64,000 nt of DNA from Amoebidium appalachense (lineage: Eukaryota; Protista; Ichthyosporea): the NCBI GenBank assembly GCA_963693365.1, contig CAVNZM010000003.1:5452472-5516471 (forward strand). Direction: 5' to 3'. Within the stretch, counting starts at the first letter, position 1; each line of letters opens with the position of its first letter. A model generated the notes under the pieces. It was given only the letters and a program-made list of their open reading frames with translations. It was not told the origin of the DNA and made no database searches. Position numbers and translations under genes: made by a program. This document shows, piece by piece, positions 54,031 to 64,000 of the stretch.

Positions 54031-55062
54031 CCCCACTTCTCGCAAGTAGGATGAGCTAATTCTTAGCTCGAGTTCCTTTACAGGTTTTGGCAAGGTTGGC
54101 CCATGAAGTCATCAGCAGCTATAAGGCTACGTTATCATCTAGAGGTGGGTACCGGCTCTTTGTCCTATGGCTGCTGTTGTTTCCGTTTTTCGTTTCATAG
54201 GTGGGTACCGGCTCTTTGTCCTGTTAAGGTAAATAAAGTATGGAGGCAAGACCCTGTGGGTCTGGTTCTTTGTCCTATGGCTGCTGTTGTTTCCGTGTTT
54301 CGTTTCTGTGTTGCTCTTATAGCACATGAATGATCATGTGCATGTTTAGCACCCATAGGTGGGTACCGGCTCTTTGTCCTGTTAATTACTCTGCCGGCAT
54401 TTGGTATGGTATGGTTTGGTGTAAGAGTGCCCCCCTTATATTGTCATGTTGGGCGTCCTTTTTTTTTTTTTTTGGGCCTCATACCCATACACACACACCT
54501 TGTTACTCTTCTGTCAAGGGATTAGCATGTGTTTAGTTTAATGATGTTGGGAGCTTCTTAGAAACCCGCATAATAGTTTGCTTGTTTTGAGTTTTGTTTA
54601 TGTTCGTTGCTGCTCTTTTATACTCCTTCCCCCCCCCCCCCCCACACACACACACACACAAAAGAGTGACTTTTCTTTTTTTTTCTTTTTTTCTTTTTTT
54701 TTGTGTGTGTGTGTGCGAAGAGAAAAAGTAACAGAGCTTTTTATTATTTTTATTATTATTATTATTATTTTGTGTGTGTCTGTGTATTTATTTTGTGTGT
54801 TTTCGTAGTTCGAATAAATTGTGTGAAGACATGTCCCGAGGACATGGACATGTCTTTAAAAATATTTGTCTTAGAAAATATTTGTCTTAGAAAATATTTG
54901 AAGTGACAGACACGCCCCAGTGGGACATAACCCTACGTAAAAGATAATAGATGAGTTATAGTTGACACGTTCCAGTGGGACGTGTCTGCAGAAAATGGAT
55001 CTGTAATCAGCGGCTCGACGACATATGACCACGTGACAGGCAGGTTCGAAAGGGGTGAGGGG

Positions 55063-55111
<49 letters not shown>

Positions 55112-56136
55112 AAACGACATCAAACAGTGATCGGAAACGACGTCTGGATGATATCAACTTTGAAAATGGCTCAATCATATATATCAAGACATAACATAAT
55201 GATATGAAAAGGATAATATAACTATATTGCGAAAATCATTCTTAATAAATCTTAATTATACCTTAAATTTATCGTTTTGATATATGTGCTGTATGTCAAA
55301 AAGATGTGACAGAGTTATGTTAACGATATGCTACTAATATCATAAGGAATGGTTAGCTGATAAACTACTATATGTTTTAACGATATGTAACAGATACTAG
55401 AAAGATGTCGTGTAGAGGACATACAGCCAGAACTTCTCATATCTTTAAAGGCTCCTAAAACTATCAAAACGATATTATTACGAAATTTCTTTTGACCCAT
55501 CCTAGTTATCTTTATGTTATGAGGCTTATATCGTTATGACATTTAACGTATGATCTTTAGATAATGTTTTCGGCATCCTATACCTATCCGTTGTATATGA
55601 AAAGGACATCTGTAATAGTATCTTATAGATGTATTACCATATACGAAACCTCCTATAATGACCTCGAAATGATATCATATAGATATATATGTATCTTATG
55701 ATCGATTATCATATATATCGTAAGGATATGTGATAGCTACCATAAGGATATGGGGAAGGGCTCCTAATCCGCTATTAGAGATATCTTTATTATGTCTAAA
55801 ACGCTTCTGAACATCAGACTAAAAAGATTTTATGATATCAAATAGACTATCATAATGGTATCATACGGATATAACGAGGTTGTTGAATACATGGAACACA
55901 GGATAGAACAACGATGGGTTCAGGGTGCTCCGTATGAGCCCATTATGAGATCATTTTGATATCTAGCAAAAGATACCAAAATGATATCCAGAAAACCCGT
56001 GATAGCAAAACGATGCTGTTATGTTATCTAAAAGACAAGAGGGGGATAAAGAGTGGCAAAAAGATGGGTTTATGGGTTTATGATATCTTTAATGGGTTTT
56101 TAATGGGTTTCGGATGCCGGATGAAGTTTGCTGATG
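47480..56136. mobile_element. Non-autonomous TIR element of the same CATCAGCAA family, 8,657 bp, 34-bp TIR, 2-bp TSD GT
   Basis: catcagcaaacttcatccggcatccgaaacccat at 47480-47513 with its perfect reverse complement at 56103-56136; GT at 47478-79 and 56137-38; GATATC-rich subterminal regions; no credible ORF. Confidence 0.9.
50506..52417 (+). repeat. ~183-bp tandem array (10 full copies + partial)
   Basis: Unit ccttgtagcatagtatatgtac...gttacctagacattattgg...gaatgtgcccctggagtacgagggtcacacgaaaaaaacacaac...agaacccc starts at ~50506, 50687, 50870 ... 52343. Confidence 0.95.
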
Positions 56137-56138
56137 GT

Positions 56139-56687
56139 GGGGCCTGTCAGGCCGCCGACGCGGAGGCCAAGGATCTTATCCGGGAGTTTGATCGCCAATT
56201 CAACGACATCCCACGTTTTCACGGACTCAGACACTTCACCGGATCGGTGTCTGACTTGACCTTCCTCCGTGCCAACGAGTACAGAGACATCATGAAGGTA
56301 CAGAGACTAAGCCCCCCCCCCCCCCCCCCCCCCCCCCCCATGTTTCATATCCCCCCCCCCCCCTCCGCCTGCCACCCCCCCCCCCCTCCCCCCCCCCCAA
56401 AACCCTAACCCCCTTGAAGCCAAGCAAGGGTTATAAAGCAGAACCCTAATCACATTCCACCTTAACGCAGGTCATGCCTTTCGTGGTCCGTGACCTACTT
56501 CCAGACGCTTCGGCAAACATCAAAGCCGAGAAGGTTTTCGTTGGTTGGAATGAATGGTACATGGCCGTCACCAAGAAGGAATATACGGATGATGCACTCG
56601 AGAAGATAACCGAGTTGTACAAGAGGTATGGTTATGAGTTCGTTAATACATTTTATTTTGTAATTTTCTTTTTTTCCCTTTTTTTTT

Positions 56688-56718
<31 letters not shown>

Positions 56719-57191
56719 GGGTAAGGTTATCAGTAACACGAGCATTACAGGTTTGCACAGGATACATACAACTGCTTTTATATTTTCGGGATACCGTTAC
56801 TTATTGTCCCCTTTTCTTTTTTTGTTGGGGTGGTGGGGGGGGGAAGGGGGGGAGGGGGGAGGAGGATGGTTATCTAACACGCGTGTTTAAGGTTTGCCCA
56901 GGATGCATACGACTGCTTCAAGGACTCCTCCAAGAATGGCCTACGCACTTCCAAGTTTCATTTCGGTGGCCATTACGCAGACAACTACCGTCTCTTCGGC
57001 CCTGTTGAGACAGCTGAGAGCTGGGAGCGCGCACACAAGTACTACTGCAAAATACCGTATCGCTCGACAAACAAGAACTCCACATTCATGCTGCAGGTCA
57101 GTGGATATATAGGTGTCCGTGCCCGTGTCTTGTGTGTGTGCATATGTGACGGTGTGTACGGTCTGTTGTGTGTGTATGTGTGTGTATGTTA

Positions 57192-57269
<78 letters not shown>

Positions 57270-57301
57270 CAGTGTGTGTGTGAAACAAGGGTGGTGGTGG
57301 T

Positions 57302-57336
<35 letters not shown>

Positions 57337-59835
57337 TTGGTAACGACCTTTTTTGGTCAGGTGGCAAAAAAGGTTCGACGTTGGGACGGCATGGACCTGC
57401 GTAGGGCAACTCTTCAAGGCCTGGAAGAGGAGAAGTTGATTGCAGCTGGGCTCCAGCCACAGGTTGAGGATGTGCTTCCCGACCTGACTGAAGAGGAACT
57501 GGCAGATGAGGAGGGCTCAGAGGACATTCCCGTTGTTTTGGAGCCAGAGATACCGGGAGATGCAGCAGCCGTGCTGGAGCAGGCGGATGCCACAGACACC
57601 GTCCTAATGTCAGGTATGCGGCCCCCTCCCCCCCCCCCCCCCCCCCAAAAAAAAAAAAAAAACAAAAAACAACATTCCCACCCGAGGGAGTGTTTTTGGG
57701 AGTGTTTTTCCTATACATGCCCTCATGTAGCTTAAAACCCCATCAAGACCCCCCTGCGTGTGGGCCAAGTTACAGGGCAGCAGCCAAAATACCAAAAAAA
57801 AACCCCCCTACATTTACACCCGTAAATGGTATTTTTTCTACATGTGCAACATCAACCACTCAGGGCACCACCAGATAATGAATAAAACGTGTTCCACGTT
57901 CAAGTAGCAGTTGAAACTTGGTATAAAGTAGAATATGGGTGCTAGGAACGTGTGCACCGAGTTTTAGCCGTGCACCACAAACCCCCACTAAGCCCCCCCC
58001 ACTTTCCCCACCCGGCGGGTGCGTTTTTCCCATATGTGCCTTCATATGGCTAGGTGCACTTTTGTTGCCACCCACGAACCAATGGCCTGGGAGCATCCAT
58101 GTTTTGGGAATAGCAGCATATAGGTACTAGGGAGGTGTGGGCCAAGTTACAGGGCTGCAGCCAAAATACCAAAAAAAAACCCCTACATTTACACCCGTAA
58201 ATGGTATTTTTTCTACATGTGCAACATCAACCACTGAGGGCACCACCAGATAATGAATACAACGTGTTCCACGTGCAAGTAGCAGTTGAAACTTGGTTTA
58301 AAGTAGAATATGGGTGCTAGGAACGTGTGCACCGAGTTTTAGCCGTGCACCACAAACCCCCACCAAGCCCCCCCACTTTCCCCACCCGGCGGGTGCGTTT
58401 TTCCCATATGTGCCTTCATATGGCTAGGTGCACTTTTGTTGCCACCCACGAACCAATGGCCTGGGAGCATCCATGTTTTGGGAATAGCAGCACATAGGTA
58501 CTAAGCAGGTGTGGGCCAAGTTACAGGGCTGCAGCCAAAATACCAAAAAAAACCCCCCTACATTTACACCCGTAAATGGTATTTTTTCTACATGTGCAAC
58601 ATCAACCACTCAGAGCACCACCAGATAATGAACAAAACGTGTTCCACGTGCAAGTAGCAGTTGAAACTTGGTTTAAAGTAGAATATGGGTGCTAGGAACG
58701 TGTGCACCGAGTTTTAGCCGTGCACCACAAACCCCCACCAAGCCCCCCCACTTTCCCCACCCGGCGGGTGCGTTTTTCCCATATGTGCCTTCATATGGCT
58801 AGGTGCACTTTTGTTGCCACCCACGAACCAATGGCCTGGGAGCATCCATGTTTTGGGAATAGCAGCATATAGGTACTAGGGAGGTGTGGGCCAAGGTCCA
58901 GGGCTACAGCCCTAAAGCCCCCTAAACCCCGCCCATATGGTTACATACATCGTTTTATTCTCATTTTTTAAATGTAGCAAAACTGACATTACGATGTCAG
59001 TTTTGGTTGTGTAATTGTGGGTGTGTGTATGTATTATGTGTGTTTGTGTGTGTGTGGTGTAGGGGGGGAGAAGGGGAAGGGGGACGTCGTGGCAAATTCC
59101 TAAGGTCTAGGGGGACACCAGCACCATATATAGTAAACGTAGCGAGTAATTGGTTTTTGAGGTTGTGTCTACCCTGCAGGTATAAAGATCAAGAGCCACC
59201 CGGGCCTCGATAAGACCGGTCTGCTGTGGTCTACCCTGGACAAGTTCTTTGTTCCCCCTGGCCAGGAGTTTGTGCCAAGCCCCTTCCTGGGCTCGGACCG
59301 CAGCAAGTGCCTCAAGTATCTGCCATTACAGACGCAGCTGCACCTGGCCTCCGTGTCCGAAGCACAGGCCCGCAACGTTGACCGTCATACACTGCCTGTT
59401 CCACTGGGCTGCAAGGTGAAGGTGTACAACAGCTGCTACATCAGGCTGGGAGTGCCGGATGAGAGGGTGTGGCATAGAGTGGTGGCGTGTGACCAGTTCT
59501 ACGGGCGGCGTGACCGGTACGACGACATCGTGATCCAGGGTCAGGACGGAGTTTGGTACGCACGGACGGTGCTCCTATTTACGTGCGAGACGGAGGAATG
59601 CGCTGAGGATGGCCAACCGGGGGCGTCGGAAAAGGTCTTTGTACGGTACTACACCGAGGTGGAGGTGGATCCCCTCACAGGGTGCAAGAAACTCCAAGTG
59701 GAAATGACAGGGACGGGTGCCCGGAGGAGGCCCAGATACGACGTCATCGACGTGGAATCCATACTGGGGACTTTCCACTGTATCCCCATGTATGCACAAG
59801 ACGGGGTGCAGAAGAAGTTCCTGGTTAACCGACAG
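56139..59835 (+). CDS. Plavaka transposase, 3' exons (~56139-56297, 56471-56625, 56892-57096, 57361-57613, 59180-~59835+)
   Basis: EFDRQFNDIPRFHGLRHF...EYRDIMK|VMPFV; KFHFGGHYADNYRLFG...WERAHKYYCKIPYRSTN; C-terminal RYDDIVI...WYARTVLLF...VFVRYY...YDVIDVESI. Canonical splice sites. Confidence 0.85.
57758..58915 (+). repeat. ~375-bp tandem repeat x3 in a transposase intron
   Basis: gtgtgggccaag unit starts at 57758, 58135, 58509 and (partial) 58884. Confidence 0.95.
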
Positions 59836-60855
59836 AGATCTGTAATACCACATCATCAACACCATAGGTCCACATGTAGATGCCTTCAAGTGCACGGAAT
59901 CGATCGAGCCAGGGTCAAAAAGATGTCACAAACCCATCCCAGAAACCTCATGATGACCATCCGAAAGGCATCTAAAAGACCACGTAAAGGCCATATAAGA
60001 TGCAAATATGGTTTTCCCTCATGACAACTAAATGTTCCTAAAAGGTTCATTAACAGACCACTTAAAGACGTCAAAAAGATGCTGTATACCAGGAATAGCG
60101 TCCAGCAACATTAAAGCAACCATATATGCCTATCATGTGCACCACCCAATCCACATACCATCTATGACGTCGTGGATGAGGTCCATCTACAAGAGCACAT
60201 AAAGACACTTTGTCGATCATTAAAAGTGCATATGCTGTGCATATAACAGCGAAAAAAACAATATGGATCGTATAAAATGCACTAAAACTAGTCTTGGACA
60301 TCATAGGGGACTTAGGGGGTAGAAATGGATGGGAAGAAAATATGATCATATAAAGTGGTCCATATAATGTCTATGTGCACCGGAAATAAACTAGAAGTAC
60401 ACTTGGACGTCCTGGAGTACTTAGGGTGTACTTTGGGATGGGTACAAGAAAAGAGCATTTAATGTGGTCTTTAGATGGTCCATATCACCACCCAAACCCC
60501 ACCAAATTGTGTTTGGAAAATTTTGAACATCGGGGCATTTAATATGCATTTAGGATGGGTTGTAGATCATTTCATGACACCATAGTAGATGCCTTGCGGT
60601 GCTGTTCTGGATGATGGATGATATCAAGTCCCCTTTATCCCCACCTGGACATCATAGATGAGTTATGGATAGTGGCCATCCAAATTGTTTACGACCCCCA
60701 CATCCCATCTAGATGTCATCATGTAGGTAGGTTGTGGTGGATGTGTGGGGTGGATATGGTGGGAGGACCCCCAAAAGGTGTCCTGGATGGGATCCGGATC
60801 GCCGAACAAGATTGCTGATGTGTGTGTGTGTGTGTGTGTGTGTTTGTGTGTGTGT

Positions 60856-60905
<50 letters not shown>

Positions 60906-60934
60906 GTATGTATGTGTGCATATGGGGGGGGGGG

Positions 60935-61685
60935 TGTTGTTTTGTGTGGGTAAACGGGGAAGCAGAGTGCACAGATGGGTGTTATGTTATACACAACACA
61001 GAGACACACGGGAGAAACACAACCGGAGAGGTGGAACGATTACTGGGGCCATAGGAAAAGAATACGACTGCTTGATATTTATTCCAAGATGAAGTCCCTT
61101 TTATACTTGGGAATGTGAAATCGATAAACCAATCAAAAGGACGAAAACTCTATTTTCCAATCAAAAAGACGAAAACTATGAGTGTAAAATATATCGATCG
61201 AAATCGTCTGTCGACACATAGAATATAAAACTCAATCCTCTAATGAAAGAAACTTCTAATAAAAACACGGAAACATTTAACAAAATGAAACCACTTATGT
61301 AACTATTAGTTCACATCATACATTTATACATGTTCTTATCATAACACGTCTAAATATAATTATTCCTAATAGTTGGAGAACATAGCACAATGCTACGTCG
61401 TGAGAAAGGAATGGGAAAGGAATGTAAGTTACTATATTTGGGAAAATACAAACGAGATCTCATTGGGTGACATATTTAGATATTGACACAAACGACAATA
61501 CGTGTGCGCGAGCTAAGTATGTCGATACGTACACAGATCTAAGATATCGGTGTACACGGAAACAGAAAGGAAAGAAAGAAAGAAAGGAAGAAAGGAAAAG
61601 GGAAAAGGAAACAAACTACAACAAACTAATAAATAAATACAAAACTCAACTTCTAAGTCTTGCTATGAATCATGGGAAGATGACA
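60935..61685 (-). mobile_element. 3' LTR (751 bp, TG...CA) of the minus-strand Copia
   Basis: Minus-strand PPT-like ttgagtgggga (61696-61686) immediately precedes TGTCA; ends ...acaaaacaACA, as does the LTR ending at 14373. Confidence 0.8.
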
Positions 61686-62372
61686 TCCCCACTCAAGGGT
61701 TGGAAGTTGGGTTCTCGTGAAGTTTGTTGATGTGACTGTTGATGTCAATACTCTCACACATGTAGAAGCAGGTGCCGTGAAGTCACAGTCAAGTTTCCCC
61801 ACTCGAGAAGACAATGGAGAAGACTTGAAGGGGCAAGCCAGGGAAGAAAACCAAAACGGAAGAAGCACACAACGACGGTTGCCTCTGAAGACTCGGAACA
61901 TGACGGTAGCCAACGACGATATATAAATATATATAGAAGAAAACAACTAGTGTATGTGTGACGTGTTGGTGGCTAATGATTTATACTGGGGACCACCCAG
62001 ATAAACACAAGGCATGAACATCTTGTGGACTGATTTATATACTGGTGGTCAACCAGTTAAGACACGGGGAATGAGCATCCCGAGGACTAGGTTTAGACTG
62101 GCAGTCAACCAGCACGCATTGGCTATAGATAATTATTTATACTGGGACGCCATCCCAGTTCGACAGATATATAAGTCGAATATAAAAGAAAACCAATATA
62201 TATGATGGTATATAAATAAACGACGGATGGTGGAGAAAGAAGTCCCCACTGAAGATGCACACACTGAAGATCGATGAAGACAGCAGTAGACTTTCGTTGG
62301 GAGGTGTCTCTACACGGTGAGGTGTAGACCACTGGCCAGGGCCCCAACCTACTTGAAGACCACTGTAGATGA

Positions 62373-62411
<39 letters not shown>

Positions 62412-62412
62412 C

Positions 62413-63062
62413 TCAGTCACGAAGACTGAGTGAAGTACGGTGCTGCTCGTGGGAGGGCCCGGGCAGGGACTTGGTGAAGATGTCGGCCACGTTGTCTTTG
62501 GTGGACACGTAGGTGACGACCACATCCCCACTCTTGATGTAGTCCTTCGTGTTGTGGTACCGGACAGCAATGTGTTTGGTCCGGTGCGTGATGCTGTTGG
62601 TGTGCAGGAGGGCAATGGTGGACTGGTTGTCACAGTAGACGGGGGTGGGGTCGGTCATCGGGTAGCCGAGTTCACGGAGGAGATCACGGTGCCAGATGAC
62701 GTTTTGAACAGCAGCATTGATGGCCAGAAGCCTCGGTGGTGGATGTTGCCGTGATGGACTGCAGCTTCGAATACCATGTGATGGGTATGCCCTTGAAGAA
62801 GATGACGTAACCGGTGGTTGAACGACGGGTGTTGGGGCAGTTGGCAAAGTCGGCATCAGAATAACACTCCAGCAAGGATGTGTTGTCGTCGGATGCAGAC
62901 TTGTCGTAGTGAAGGCCGAGGTTGGATGTGCCGATGAGGTACCGAACTACACGGAGTAGACATTCCCATGCAAGTTTGGTGGGGTTGGCACTGAATCTAC
63001 CGAGGTAGCCGATGGCAAAGGAGATGTCGGGCCGGGAACAACGAGCAACCCACAAAAGACGG
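62413..63062 (-). pseudogene. Ty1/Copia pol 3' end (RT C-terminus + RNase H), frameshifted at ~62733
   Basis: SRPDISFAIG, YSDADFAN, STTEA, CDNQS, RTKHI, NVADIFTK; closely similar to the Copia at 397-1707; cut at 63062 by a nested LTR. Confidence 0.93.
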
Positions 63063-64000
63063 TGTAAACAGTTGGACTAGTTAGGATAAGGCAGAGTACA
63101 ACTGAATCAAAATAAAGACAGAGAACGGGTAGAAAGGCACACGCGGCCAGGTTGCGTTTACTATGGGCCGACTCAGTCTGTCTCAGACTTCACTGATGTG
63201 ATCCCCGTACTGGGACGGCTTTCTTATATAGCCCCCAGGTTTCGGATCAAGGCCCAGGATTGGTTCATCCGCGGCCAGCGCGGGTGGCAACATGCCATTC
63301 GTGATTCTGGTGCGGTCCGAGCCAGTCAGACCTTTGTCCTATTTATGCAAACCTCTTATTGGTTCACTTCGTTTATGTGGTATGCAGCGGAAGAACCATA
63401 TATGGTTCAATTCTTAGGTCAGAGTGAGTCCTATTGGTGCGGACATAATATTTATGTGATATTCATGACAAAGCACGAATCGTGTGCTAGTAGATCACAT
63501 TCTTTAGTAAACATGTACAGTTCATGTGTACAGTTGTTTACACTCCCCCCCTTGTCGGGAGCCTGGTGGTGTCGTTAGACAAGCAAACCACCAGGCTGAG
63601 AGGCGATAAACAACCTTCAGCGAGAATTCCTGTGCGCCGAGCTGCTGGGCAGAACAGAGCAAGGACGGTTGAATAGTGTTGTGCACGTCTATGAGCACTT
63701 CTTCATTTGCCAAAACGTAAATTCATGCAGCATTCTTCTGTGATTTCATTTTCGTGGCGAAGATTATTGCAGAGTGTGTGCGAATTGTTCGCTTCGTCTC
63801 TGTGCTTGGCTTTTCTGTAGAAGTAGTATTTTTCTTTTTGGGAATTTTTCCTTTTTAGGACACTCCCGCAGATTCGTTTTCAATTGCGAGTAATTTAGTT
63901 GTGTGGATGAATGATCATACCAAACATTCGATAATGAATATAACTCAAGCCTTAGGTCACTTCGTAGCTCAGGTAGTGGTGGATAGCTTCTTAGCGCTGC
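63063..64000 (-). mobile_element. Second LTR retrotransposon nested in Copia RT: 3' LTR 63063-63542 (480 bp) plus PPT and internal 3' region
   Basis: TGTAAACA...TGTTTACA 8-bp inverted termini; ctccccccctt at 63543-63553 is the minus-strand PPT; host RT coding stops exactly at the boundary. Confidence 0.85.

Larger units (their letters stand above)
37742..60820 (+). mobile_element. Plavaka-type (CMC/CACTA-related) DNA transposon, 23,079 bp, TIR CATCAGCAATCTTGT, 2-bp TSD TG
   Basis: 15-bp perfect TIR at 37742-37756 and 60806-60820; TG on both flanks within (TG)n; subterminal regions rich in GACATC/GATGTC-like motifs; encloses a Plavaka transposase and a JmjC gene. Confidence 0.85.

Noticed and set aside
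56400-56450. CCCTAA telomere-like motifs
   Set aside because: Only two isolated copies, in an intron.
59836-60024. C-terminal ORF extension of the Plavaka transposase
   Set aside because: Runs into subterminal repeat-like sequence; probably read-through, so the true stop is left unresolved.

Overview
Repeat-dense eukaryotic DNA (spliceosomal GT-AG introns, long G/C homopolymers, CA/GA microsatellites) made almost entirely of nested mobile elements; no clear host housekeeping gene, rRNA or tRNA. The host is not identifiable from the sequence. Left to right: a Copia pol 3' end with an LTR remnant; a degraded spliced ORFan; two related tandem arrays built on the palindrome GCGAATAT-W-ATATTCGC; a spliced, RT-less Ginger/chromovirus-like integrase gene with chromodomain and USP-like peptidase; solo LTRs; two inverted AP2-domain pseudogenes; an apparently intact two-ORF LINE nested in a decayed pogo-family transposon; a GC-rich foldback; two divergent ORFans around a 134-bp CCAAT-box array; a 23-kb Plavaka (CMC/CACTA-like) DNA transposon (37742-60820; 15-bp TIR, 2-bp TSD) carrying a KDM4-like JmjC gene divergent from its transposase and interrupted by an 8.7-kb non-autonomous relative (47480-56136; 34-bp TIR); and nested LTR retrotransposons at the right end. 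The most interesting signals are the JmjC-carrying Plavaka element and the palindrome-array/integrase-chromo-USP module. All protein assignments come from motif recognition by eye, with no database search.
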